Below are positions 29,367 to 38,412 of a stretch of 64,000 bases of DNA, piece after piece. Within the stretch, counting starts at the first letter, position 1, and each line of letters starts with the position of its first letter. Source of the DNA: Bacteroidota bacterium (GTDB taxonomy: Bacteria; Bacteroidota; Rhodothermia; Rhodothermales; JBCDJV01); assembly GCA_038747425.1 (NCBI GenBank), contig JBCDJV010000004.1, positions 35,692 through 99,691 on the forward strand. Reading direction: 5' to 3'. Position numbers and translations under genes: made by a program. The notes beneath the pieces were generated by a model. It made no database searches. It was not told where the DNA came from and saw nothing but the letters and a program-made list of their open reading frames with translations.

Positions 29367-30310
29367 TGCCCACCCTGTCTCCCACCCAGGCCCCCCTGCC
29401 CGGTGAGGATCGCCGGATCTGGCAGGCCTTTCGACACCACTCACGCACGTTCTCACTGGCGGCGCTGCTGCTGCCACGCCCAGTGCGCATGCCGGTGGCT
29501 ACCCTCTATCTCTTCTGCCGTACCATTGACACCATCGCCGACGAACGGGTGCTTGAGGTCGGAGCCCAAGCGGCCCTGGCCGAGCTCGAACGGGCGGAGG
29601 CCGATCTCCAAGCGACGCTTGCCGGACACCCGCCGCCCGTCATGCTCTGGCGCCGTCTGGCCGAGGTCCATGCGTCGTACACCCTGTGGCCCGCCCCGCT
29701 GATTGAACTCATCGACGGCGCCCGGTGGGACCTTGAAGGCCGCGTAGTCGACACCGAGGCCGACCTCATCCACTACAGCAACCTGGTGGGAGGGAGCGTG
29801 GGGGCCATGATGCTGCCCTTCCTGGTAGAGGACCCGGCCGAAGCTGCTGCCCTGGAGGAGCCCGCCCGCGCCCTGGGCATCGCCATGCAGATCACCAACA
29901 TCGTGCGCGACGTAGGCGAGGACCAGCAACGCCTCAAACGCCTCTACCTGCCTACCACCTGGCTCAACGAGATGGGGTTGACGCCGACCACGCTCAAGGG
30001 CACCACGCCCGAGGGCGCCCCGCCGCCGGCCTACCCCGCCTTGCTTGAGCGCGCCATGCAGCTGGCCGAAGCCTACTTCGAGGAAGGGATGCAGGGCATC
30101 GGTGCGTTGCCCGCCGGGGCACGCCTGGGCATTCGGGCCGCCGCCCGGATGTATCGCGAGATCATGAACGAAGTGCGCGCACGCCACTACGATAACCTCA
30201 CGCAGCGCGCCTACGTCCCGCTGGGCCGCAAGGTGCGCCGCATCGTCCACGACGGGTACCAGCGCCGCCGCCGCCGCTTCCGGCCGCTGCCGGACGCCGT
30301 GCCCTCCTGA
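29366..30310 (+). CDS. crtB: phytoene synthase
   Basis: It has SRTFSLAA, YLFCRTIDTIADE (first Asp-rich motif) and NIVRDVGEDQQRLKRLYLP (second). Confidence 0.9.
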   Translation: MPTLSPTQAPLPGEDRRIWQAFRHHSRTFSLAALLLPRPVRMPVATLYLFCRTIDTIADERVLEVGAQAALAELERAEADLQATLAGHPPPVMLWRRLAEVHASYTLWPAPLIELIDGARWDLEGRVVDTEADLIHYSNLVGGSVGAMMLPFLVEDPAEAAALEEPARALGIAMQITNIVRDVGEDQQRLKRLYLPTTWLNEMGLTPTTLKGTTPEGAPPPAYPALLERAMQLAEAYFEEGMQGIGALPAGARLGIRAAARMYREIMNEVRARHYDNLTQRAYVPLGRKVRRIVHDGYQRRRRRFRPLPDAVPS

Positions 30311-30335
30311 TGACCGTCCCCTTCCCCTCGGGCCT

Positions 30336-31007
30336 GTGCTGACTCCCCTCGTCCAGCGCCTCATGGTACGGGGGCTCCGTAGTACCTTTCGGCGCGTCTG
30401 TTGGGTCGGGCCCCTGCCAGACCTCCCGCCAGACCGGCCCGTGGCCGGCTACTTCAACCACCACAGCTTTTACGATGGCTACCTGGGGTGGGCCTTGGCG
30501 CATTTTCTGCTCAAGCGGGCGCCGATCACCTGGATGGCCGACTGGGAAGCCTACCCTTTCTTTGCGACGGTGGGCGCGTACCCCTTTCCGTTCGATGATC
30601 CGAAGCAGCGCGTGGCCACCATCCGGCGTACCGCCCAGCGCTTCGAGGACCCGAAGACCTTCCTCATCTATTTTCCCGAAGCCGAGCTGCATCGGCCGGA
30701 GGACGGCATCTTGCCCTTCGACACCGCCCCGTTTCAACGGCTTGATCGGCTCTTTCCTCCCAAGGTGTGGTGGCCCGTGGCCTTCCATGCCACCTGGTGG
30801 GGCGAGTCCCTGCCTACCCTCCTCATGGCCGGCGGGACGCCCCACCCCGTGTCCACCGGCGATGAACACGAACGCCTCACCGCCACGCTTGAAACCGCCC
30901 GGCAAGCCCATCGTACCGAAGCTCGCACCATCCTGGACGGGCATGCCAGCCCCGATGAGCGATGGAACCTCTCGTTCGCCGCGCCCTTCTTCAAGCGGTA
31001 CTTATGA
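30336..31007 (+). CDS. lysophospholipid-type acyltransferase (CruD-like carotenoid glycoside acyltransferase candidate)
   Basis: It has the H(X)4D motif NHHSFYDG and FPEAEL (the EGT-like block). The start is GTG 30336 or ATG 30363. Confidence 0.65.
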   Translation: MLTPLVQRLMVRGLRSTFRRVCWVGPLPDLPPDRPVAGYFNHHSFYDGYLGWALAHFLLKRAPITWMADWEAYPFFATVGAYPFPFDDPKQRVATIRRTAQRFEDPKTFLIYFPEAELHRPEDGILPFDTAPFQRLDRLFPPKVWWPVAFHATWWGESLPTLLMAGGTPHPVSTGDEHERLTATLETARQAHRTEARTILDGHASPDERWNLSFAAPFFKRYL

Positions 31008-31624
31008 GTCTGCTACTCTTGCTGCTGTTGGCCACGCCCTTGGCCCCGATCGACTCCACACACGTCTACTACGCCAGCAAAGACACGGCCTCGCTCACGA
31101 GCCTACTCCAGCAGGCCGAGACCCGCGAGGACGACCTGCTGTGCCGCTACCGCCTCTATCCGCTGACGCAAGAGTCCGCGCTGATCCGCGATCTGCCGCG
31201 TGGCTTGGACGATGGCACCGCCCGTGAGCTGGCCCTGCTGGCTGGACTCTGGGGATATCGGGCCGGTGAGGCCTCGTTTCCGGCCTCCATACGGCATGGC
31301 CTGCGCTCTCAAGGCCTGCTGGACGAGGCCGTGGCCCTCGACGCCGACGATCCCCTCGTCCTCCTCGTGGAAGGGCAGTCCCTGATGTTCAAGCCACGCA
31401 TTGCCGGTGGGAACGCCGAGGAAGCCCTGGCCCGCTTTCAGCGCCTGCGCGAGGTGATCCGCACCTCGCGCCAGCCAGCCGTAGCCCCCCTCGAAGCCGA
31501 CCTCTGGATCTGGTACGCCCTCTACAAGCTGAAACGCGACGAAGCCCCGACGCTGCGCGCTGATCTCCTCGCTCAGAACGACCTCCCCCTGCTCTACCGC
31601 GAGTTCCTCAACGACCCTCCTTGA
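31004..31624 (+). CDS. hypothetical secreted protein within the carotenoid operon
   Basis: ATG 31004 overlaps the upstream stop (ATGA). It has a poly-Leu signal peptide (MSLLLLLLLATPLAP). I recognise no family. Confidence 0.55.
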   Translation: MSLLLLLLLATPLAPIDSTHVYYASKDTASLTSLLQQAETREDDLLCRYRLYPLTQESALIRDLPRGLDDGTARELALLAGLWGYRAGEASFPASIRHGLRSQGLLDEAVALDADDPLVLLVEGQSLMFKPRIAGGNAEEALARFQRLREVIRTSRQPAVAPLEADLWIWYALYKLKRDEAPTLRADLLAQNDLPLLYREFLNDPP

Positions 31625-31626
31625 GC

Positions 31627-31674
31627 GTGAGAGGGTGAGAGGGTGAGAGGGTGAGAGGGTGAGAGGGTGAGAGG
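31627..31674 (+). repeat. perfect tandem 8-mer array (GTGAGAGG), 6 units
   Basis: Read directly from the sequence. The unit junctions create five GGG tracts separated by TGAGA loops. Confidence 0.95.
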
Positions 31675-31706
31675 CACGGTGAGCTTTGAAGCTAGGGACC
31701 CCCCTA

Positions 31707-31739
31707 CACTCATACTATCAAACACTCATACTCTCAAAC
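31707..31739 (+). repeat. tandem G-free 16/17-mer, 2 units (CACTCATACTATCAAAC / ACTCATACTCTCAAAC)
   Basis: Read directly from the sequence. It lies in a nearly G-free block (31699-31756) just upstream of the GT2 start. Confidence 0.85.
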
Positions 31740-31756
31740 CCCTACCACCCCGTCTC

Positions 31757-32860
31757 ATGCCCGATCTCTTCACCGCCCTCGCTGGGGTGCTCTACGGGGT
31801 CCTGCTGGTGACGCTGGGGGCCAACATGGTCTACCTGCGGCGCACGCGTCGGCTGCCGGCGGTGGAGGCGTGGCCGCGGCTGTCGGTGTTGGTGCCCGCG
31901 CGCAACGAGGCGGAGAATCTGCAGCGCCTCGTGCCCGCTCTGTTGGGCCAGACGTACCCCGACTTCGAGGTGGTGCTCTATGATGATGCGTCCGAGGACG
32001 ACACCGCGGGCGTCCTGCACGCGTACGCGGGAGACTCGCGCCTGCGTGTCCTCCGTGGCACCGGGCCGCCCCCCGGCTGGCTAGGCAAGGTCCACGCCCT
32101 CTACCAAGCCACCCGCCAGGCCACCGGCGCTTGCTATCTGTTCATCGATGCCGATGTAGAGCTGAAGCACCCCGACGCGCTGCGGCATTTGGTGGCGCGG
32201 TACCAGGCCCTGCCCACACCCTCCGTGGCGTCCGGCCTGCCGCATATGCGAGGCGGCGGGCTGCCCCTGGTCAGTCTCGTGCCCAACGCCATCTTGGGGA
32301 GCCTGCCGTGGCCCCTGGTGCGACGACTGCGGCGCCCCTCCATGGGCATGGTCAACGGCCCATGTTGGCTCATCGACCGTGATCTGTACCACGCGCACGA
32401 GCCCCACGAGGCCGTCAAGGCCGAGATCCTGGAAGACGTGGAGATCGGGCGCTATCTGCTGCGGCAAGGGGTGGTGCCGGTCCTGCTGGACGCCCAGGAT
32501 GATGTGGCCGTCCAACTCTATGACGGCCTTGCCGATGCGTGGCGGGGCTACCAGAAGAATGCCTACCTGCTCGTGGGCGGTACACCGCTGGCCTTTGCCG
32601 CCCTACACGCGTATCATCTAGTGCTGTTTGTGGTGGCCCCCTGGACGTCCGTCTGGCTCATGGCCGCCCTCTACCTCTGGAAGGGCGGCACCGACCGTCT
32701 GGGTCGGCAGCCTGCGTGGGTCACGCTACTCACGCCCCTCATCTTTGTGCTGAGCGCGGTGTTGCAGCTAGACTCGGCCTGGCGCCATGCCACCGGGCGT
32801 GTGGCGTGGAAAGGCCGTCCCGTGGCAACCGCCTCCACCTCTCGTGCGCCAGTTTCGTAG
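31757..32860 (+). CDS. family 2 glycosyltransferase (CruC-like carotenoid glycosyltransferase candidate)
   Basis: It has LSVLVPARNEAENL, YDDASEDDT and LFIDADV (DXD) motifs and C-terminal membrane helices. The start is ATG 31757. Confidence 0.72.
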   Translation: MPDLFTALAGVLYGVLLVTLGANMVYLRRTRRLPAVEAWPRLSVLVPARNEAENLQRLVPALLGQTYPDFEVVLYDDASEDDTAGVLHAYAGDSRLRVLRGTGPPPGWLGKVHALYQATRQATGACYLFIDADVELKHPDALRHLVARYQALPTPSVASGLPHMRGGGLPLVSLVPNAILGSLPWPLVRRLRRPSMGMVNGPCWLIDRDLYHAHEPHEAVKAEILEDVEIGRYLLRQGVVPVLLDAQDDVAVQLYDGLADAWRGYQKNAYLLVGGTPLAFAALHAYHLVLFVVAPWTSVWLMAALYLWKGGTDRLGRQPAWVTLLTPLIFVLSAVLQLDSAWRHATGRVAWKGRPVATASTSRAPVS

Positions 32861-32872
32861 GCTCCTCGCGCC

Positions 32873-33865
32873 ATGGCTTCCGCTGCCCCGCTGCCCCTCG
32901 TCTACCCCGCGCCCTTGCGTCCGGGTGGTCGCCTCGGGGTGATTGCCCCGGCCAGTGCCCCCCGCCGCCCTGACACGCTGGCCCGCGGCCTCGCGCACCT
33001 TGAAGCGCTGGGCTACGAGATCGTGCAGCCGCGTGCTCAGATGGAGCGCCAAGGCTACCTCGCCGGCTCCGATGCCCAGCGGCTGGACGAACTCAACGCT
33101 CTGCTGCGCCGCACCGACCTCGACGCGCTCGTATGCGTCCGTGGAGGCTACGGCACACTGCGACTGCTCCCTGGGATCGACTACGAGGCCGCCCGCGCCC
33201 ATCCCAAGCTGCTCATCGGTTACAGCGATATCACGGCCCTTCAGCTTGCCCTCTACACCCGCGCCGGGCTGCCCAGCCTCTCCGGTCCGATGGTGGCGGT
33301 GGAATGGGGGGCCATGACGCCGGCCGTCGAGGCCGACTTCTGGGCGATGGTCACGGGCGTCCCTCGGGATCCGCTGCCTCTGCTCCCAGGCGAGGCGCTG
33401 GTCCCGGTCCGCCCGGGGTCCGCCGAGGGCCCACTGCTCGGCGGCAACCTAGCCGTCCTCACCCGCCTCATCGGGACCCCCTACCTGCCGCCTCTGGACG
33501 GGGCGATTCTGGTGATCGAAGAGGTAGGCGAGGCCCCGTACCGGCTCGATGGCCTCTTCGCGCACCTGCACCTCAGCGGGGTGCTGGACCGGATCGGCGG
33601 GCTCCTCATCGGCCAGATCACCGCGTGGGCCGCCTCCGACGAGGCCGTGGAGGGGCACCCAGACGAAGTCATCGCCCACTACACCGCCGGGCTGTCCTGC
33701 CCAGTGGCCCGCGGCTTCGCCTACGGGCACGTGGCCAACAAACATGCCGTGCCCTTGGGGATTCCCGCGCGGCTGGAGGTGACGGACGAGGCCGTGGCCG
33801 TCAGCTACCTGTCGCCACTCGTGCACGGGCCTGCGGCCGACGATCATCCTGAGGCGGCGACGTGA
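32873..33865 (+). CDS. ldcA: LD-carboxypeptidase (peptidase S66, muramoyltetrapeptide carboxypeptidase)
   Basis: It has the GYSDITAL nucleophile motif and the family layout. Confidence 0.85.
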   Translation: MASAAPLPLVYPAPLRPGGRLGVIAPASAPRRPDTLARGLAHLEALGYEIVQPRAQMERQGYLAGSDAQRLDELNALLRRTDLDALVCVRGGYGTLRLLPGIDYEAARAHPKLLIGYSDITALQLALYTRAGLPSLSGPMVAVEWGAMTPAVEADFWAMVTGVPRDPLPLLPGEALVPVRPGSAEGPLLGGNLAVLTRLIGTPYLPPLDGAILVIEEVGEAPYRLDGLFAHLHLSGVLDRIGGLLIGQITAWAASDEAVEGHPDEVIAHYTAGLSCPVARGFAYGHVANKHAVPLGIPARLEVTDEAVAVSYLSPLVHGPAADDHPEAAT

Positions 33866-33991
33866 AAGCCGGGCCCTCGCCACTCTTACCGCACTCTTCA
33901 CCGCCCGGCCTGGGCCCGTACTGTCATCCCCGGGTGTGATTCGTGATCTTCGGTCACCGCGCCCGCCCTCGCCCCGACCCTCCGCACCCTC

Positions 33992-34627
33992 ATGCGGCTC
34001 GCCGTCTTCGCCTCCCACTCCGGGACCAACGTACAGGCCATCCTGGATGCCCAGGCGGGCGGTATGCTGCCCGCCACCACGGTGCTGTGCGTGACCAACA
34101 ACGCGGCCGCGCCGGTGTTAGACCGCACGCGGCGGTTCGGCATCCCGGCGGTGGTGCTGGATCCCCGCAGCTTCGCCGACCCCGCGGTCTACGTCGAGAC
34201 GCTGCACGCCGAGCTGGACGAGCACCGCGTGGACTTTATCGCGCTGGCGGGCTATCTGCGCAAGATCCCGACGGCCACCGTGGCGGCGTACCGGCACCGC
34301 ATCCTCAACATTCATCCCTCGCTGCTGCCGGCCTTCGGTGGGCAGGGGATGTACGGCCGCCGCGTGCATGAGGCCGTCCTGGCCCATGGCGTGCGCTGGA
34401 CCGGTGTTACCGTCCACCTCGTGGACGACGCCTACGACAGCGGTCCCATCGTCCTCCAAGAGCCCGTTCCCGTACGTCCTGATGATACCGCCGATACCCT
34501 GGCGGCCCGTGTGCTGGCGGTAGAGCACCACCTGTATCCGCAGGCCTTGCGCCTCTTCGCCGAAGGCCGGGTGCGTGTGGAGGGCCGGACCGTTCATCTG
34601 CGCGAGGACGGCGCGCCCGCTCCCTGA
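33992..34627 (+). CDS. purN: phosphoribosylglycinamide formyltransferase
   Basis: It has the NIHPSLLPAFGG motif and lies upstream of purH. Confidence 0.93.
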   Translation: MRLAVFASHSGTNVQAILDAQAGGMLPATTVLCVTNNAAAPVLDRTRRFGIPAVVLDPRSFADPAVYVETLHAELDEHRVDFIALAGYLRKIPTATVAAYRHRILNIHPSLLPAFGGQGMYGRRVHEAVLAHGVRWTGVTVHLVDDAYDSGPIVLQEPVPVRPDDTADTLAARVLAVEHHLYPQALRLFAEGRVRVEGRTVHLREDGAPAP

Positions 34628-34661
34628 CCTCCTCACCCTTCCCCTCTGATTCGTTGGCCCT

Positions 34662-36269
34662 ATGATCGATTCCAAAACGCTGCCGCCCCCTGAGGATCGC
34701 TACCCGGTGCGCCGGGCGCTCGTGTCTGTGTACGACAAAACGGGGCTGGCCGACTTCGGCGCGCGGCTGGTGGCTCAGGGCGTTGAGCTGGTCTCCACGG
34801 GCGGCACGGCGCGGACCCTGCAGGAGGCGGGGCTGCCCGTCACAGAGGTCGCCACGCTGACAGGCTACCCCGAGATTCTCGGCGGACGCGTCAAGACGCT
34901 GCACCCCGTGGTGCACGGCGGCCTCTTGGCCCGGCGCACTGACCCTGAAGACCTGGCTGAGCTGGAGGAACTGCAGATCGGGCCTATCGACCTGGTGGTG
35001 GTGAACCTGTACCCGTTCCAACAGGCCACGGCCAGCCCTGACGTCACCGACGCCGTGGCCATCGAGAACATCGACATCGGGGGGCCGACCATGATCCGGG
35101 CCGCTGCGAAGAACTACTTCTTCGTCGGCGTGGTCACGGCGCCCGCTGACTATGCGGCGGTGGCCGGGGAGCTGGAGCAGCACGGCGGAACGCTGGCCAT
35201 GGCCACACGGCGGCGGCTGGCCCATGCGGCCTTTGCGCACACGGCGCACTACGATCAGGCCATCGAGGCCTACTTGGCACGGACGTCGGCAGAGGCTCAC
35301 GAGGCGCAGGGGGGCATGCCGGCCCCGCTGGACCTGCAGGCGCCACAGGTGCAGGTGCTACGCTACGGCGAGAACCCCCATCAGCAGGCCGCCCTGTACG
35401 GGCAGCCCGACGACTTCTTCGAGACGCTGCACGGCAAAGCGCTGTCGTTCAACAATCTGATCGACCTGAGTGCCGCCCTGGCCTTGATCGACGAGTTTCG
35501 CGATGCGCCGCCCACCTGTGCCATCCTCAAGCATACGAACCCGTGCGGGGTGGGTCAGGCCGAGGCCTTGGAGCACGCCTACCACAAGGCGTTCGCCACA
35601 GACCGGCAGTCGCCTTTTGGAGGCATCGTGGTGGTGAACCGGCCGCTGGATCGCCGCACGGCGGAGGCCATCGACGCCGTCTTCACCGAGCTGATCATCG
35701 CCCCGGATTTTGAGGACGGGGTGCTGGGCTTCTTGCAGCAGAAGAAGAATCGTCGGCTGATCCGCCTGCGCCAGCCCGCGCGGGTGGACCAAGGCTTCGA
35801 CGTGCGGGCGGTGGTAGGGGGGCTGCTGGTGCAAGCGCGCGACCCCGTGTTGCCGCCGGCGGCCGAGCTGCGCGCCGCGAGCACGGTGGCGACCCAGCGC
35901 CCGCCCACCGATGCCGAGTGGCAAGATCTGGACTTCGCGTGGCGCATCTGTAAGCACGTCAAGAGCAATGCCATCGTCTATGCCCGCGACGGAGCCACCC
36001 TGGGCATCGGGGCCGGACAGATGAGCCGCGTGGACGCCTCCGAGATTGCCGTCATGAAAGGCGGCAAGTCCGGTTTGCATTTCGATGGATGCGTCGTAGC
36101 TTCTGACGCCTTCTTTCCCTTTGCCGATGGCCTGGTGGCCGCCGCCGAGCAGGGCGCTCGCGCGGCCATCCAGCCCGGCGGATCGATTCGTGATGACGAG
36201 GTGATCCAGGCGGCCGATGCGCGCGACGTGGCCATGGTGTTCACAGGGAAACGCCACTTCCGCCACTGA
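34662..36269 (+). CDS. purH: bifunctional AICAR transformylase / IMP cyclohydrolase
   Basis: It has the MGS-like N-terminus [11 protein letters not shown] and IRAAAKNY, and is 535 aa long. Confidence 0.95.
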   Translation: MIDSKTLPPPEDRYPVRRALVSVYDKTGLADFGARLVAQGVELVSTGGTARTLQEAGLPVTEVATLTGYPEILGGRVKTLHPVVHGGLLARRTDPEDLAELEELQIGPIDLVVVNLYPFQQATASPDVTDAVAIENIDIGGPTMIRAAAKNYFFVGVVTAPADYAAVAGELEQHGGTLAMATRRRLAHAAFAHTAHYDQAIEAYLARTSAEAHEAQGGMPAPLDLQAPQVQVLRYGENPHQQAALYGQPDDFFETLHGKALSFNNLIDLSAALALIDEFRDAPPTCAILKHTNPCGVGQAEALEHAYHKAFATDRQSPFGGIVVVNRPLDRRTAEAIDAVFTELIIAPDFEDGVLGFLQQKKNRRLIRLRQPARVDQGFDVRAVVGGLLVQARDPVLPPAAELRAASTVATQRPPTDAEWQDLDFAWRICKHVKSNAIVYARDGATLGIGAGQMSRVDASEIAVMKGGKSGLHFDGCVVASDAFFPFADGLVAAAEQGARAAIQPGGSIRDDEVIQAADARDVAMVFTGKRHFRH

Positions 36270-36418
36270 GATCAGCTCGATCAGGTGGGTAGATGGCGTG
36301 CTACCCCCGATCCAGGCATCAAAGCACAGGGCGAGGGGTACAATGCCGTTACAGGCGGGTCAGCGTGCCCCGCATCGCCCCAGCCGGGCCATCGCCCCTA
36401 CTTTTCTTCCTTACCTAG

Positions 36419-37429
36419 ATGGGTCTGTTCAACTTCTCCACCGATGTCGCGATCGACCTCGGAACGGCCAACACGCTGATCTACATCCAGGGCAGCGGCA
36501 TCGTGCTCAACGAGCCCAGCATCGTGGCTGTCAACCGAGCCACGCGGAAGCCGTTGGCCATTGGCTACGAGGCTCAGCAGATGCACGAGCGCACCCACCG
36601 CGAGATCGAGACCATCCGCCCACTCAAAGACGGGGTCATTGCCGACTTCGAGGTGGCCGAGATGCTGATCCGCGGCTTGATCCGCAAGGTGCAAAAGGGC
36701 TGGATCTCGTCGATCCGGCGCATGGTCATCTGCGTGCCCAGCGGCATCACGGAAGTCGAGAAGCGGGCCGTCCGAGACTCGGCCGAGCACGCCGGTGCCA
36801 AACAGGTCTTCTTGATCGACGAGCCCATGGCGGCCGCCATCGGGATTGGGCTCAACGTCGAGGAGCCGGTGGGCAACATGATCGTGGATGTAGGCGGCGG
36901 GACCACCGAGATCGCGGTCATCGCCCTCTCAGGCATCGTGATCGACGAGTCGATTCGCGTGGGGGGAGACGAGCTGGACAACGCCATCGTCCAGTACTTC
37001 AAGCGGCACCACAACCTGCTCATCGGGCACCGGACGGCCGAACGCATCAAGTGTGAGATCGGCAGCGCTCTGGGCCTGGAGCCTGAGCTGGAGCTGTCCG
37101 TTCGGGGCCGAGACCTGGTGGGTGGCATCCCGAAGGTACGTACCATCTCCTCCGAGGACGTTCGTGATGCCCTCAAGGACAACGTCACGCAGATTGTGGC
37201 GGCGGTGGTACGTTGTCTAGAGCGCACCCCACCAGAGCTGGGCTCGGACATCCTGGAGCGAGGCATCATGCTCACGGGCGGCGGCGCCGCGCTCAAGGGG
37301 CTCGACGCCATCATCCGAAACCGCGTCGAACTGCCCGTCTACGTGGCCGACGATCCGCTCACGGCGGTTGTCCGTGGCACGGGGGCTGTCCTCGAAAATC
37401 TGGAGCAGTTTCGCAACGTGCTCAGCTAA
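36419..37429 (+). CDS. mreB: rod shape-determining protein MreB
   Basis: It has IDLGTANTLIY and DVGGGTTEIAVI actin-fold motifs. Confidence 0.95.
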   Translation: MGLFNFSTDVAIDLGTANTLIYIQGSGIVLNEPSIVAVNRATRKPLAIGYEAQQMHERTHREIETIRPLKDGVIADFEVAEMLIRGLIRKVQKGWISSIRRMVICVPSGITEVEKRAVRDSAEHAGAKQVFLIDEPMAAAIGIGLNVEEPVGNMIVDVGGGTTEIAVIALSGIVIDESIRVGGDELDNAIVQYFKRHHNLLIGHRTAERIKCEIGSALGLEPELELSVRGRDLVGGIPKVRTISSEDVRDALKDNVTQIVAAVVRCLERTPPELGSDILERGIMLTGGGAALKGLDAIIRNRVELPVYVADDPLTAVVRGTGAVLENLEQFRNVLS

Positions 37430-37533
37430 ACAGGGGGATGGTTGAAGAGGGCACGTGTTGACCCGTGCATACATGCCACGTCCTCACGGTGTGCGCCCCT
37501 TCACCCTTCACCACACACCATTCATCACAGGCC

Positions 37534-38355
37534 ATGGGTTGGTGGACGCGCGTTCGGGATTGGCTGGTATTGATCGTGCTGGTGGTGGCCTCCATGGTGG
37601 TCATGCTCACGCAGAATCGCGGCCTGGTGCAGTCACTGCGGGCGACCTCGCTAGAAGCCACCAGCCTAGTCGAGAGCTGGTTCACGGGCGTGGGGGCCTT
37701 GCTCCGAGCGCCCCGCGAGGCCGCCTTGCTCCGCGCAGACAACATTGAACTGGCCAGTGAAGTGGCTCGGGCCCGTGAGGCCCAGCTCGAAAACGAGCGC
37801 CTACGCCAGCTGCTCGGCTTCACGGCCGTCGTGCCCGACTCGTTGCTCCCCGCTCGCGTGGTCAGCCGGGATCAGGCCAACCAGGGCCGCCTGCTCACGC
37901 TGAACGTGGGCCGCGAGGATGGGGTGGAGCCCGGCATGGCCGTGCTCACGGATCAGGGGATTGTGGGGCGCGTGGTGCTCGTGAGCGCGCGGTATGCCCG
38001 GGTCATGCCGTACCTCAACACCGACTTCCGGGTGCCGGCCCGCATTCAGCCCCTCCAGGCGCAAGGCATCGTGCGATGGGAAGGGCAGGATCCCACGCGC
38101 CTGCTGATGGAGCACGTGGTCAAGACCGAGCCCGTCCAGGCCGGCCAACGCGTCGTGACGAGTGGCACCAGCCTGGTCTTCCCGGCGGGTTATCCAGTGG
38201 GCGAGGTCGACTCCGTCATCGTGCGGCCTGGTCGCAACGAATTGGTCATCCATCTCACGCCAGCGTCGCCGCTTCTGCGTGTGGATCACGTGTTCGTGGT
38301 GCTCAGCCGCCCTGATCCTGAACTAGAGGCACTGGTGGACACGCCCATACGCTGA
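37534..38355 (+). CDS. mreC: rod shape-determining protein MreC
   Basis: It lies directly after mreB, with an N-terminal TM segment, a coiled coil (REAQLENERLRQLL) and beta-rich C-terminal domains. ATG 37534 was chosen. Confidence 0.85.
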   Translation: MGWWTRVRDWLVLIVLVVASMVVMLTQNRGLVQSLRATSLEATSLVESWFTGVGALLRAPREAALLRADNIELASEVARAREAQLENERLRQLLGFTAVVPDSLLPARVVSRDQANQGRLLTLNVGREDGVEPGMAVLTDQGIVGRVVLVSARYARVMPYLNTDFRVPARIQPLQAQGIVRWEGQDPTRLLMEHVVKTEPVQAGQRVVTSGTSLVFPAGYPVGEVDSVIVRPGRNELVIHLTPASPLLRVDHVFVVLSRPDPELEALVDTPIR

Positions 38356-38412
38356 ACCTGAGCCCAGGCGTTCGTATCCTCCCTGCTCTCCGCTCTTCGC
38401 TACCCCGTTCCT

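Noticed and set aside
31627-31674. The tandem array considered as a CRISPR locus.
   Set aside because: The units are 8 nt long and directly abutting with no spacers, and no cas genes are present in the window.
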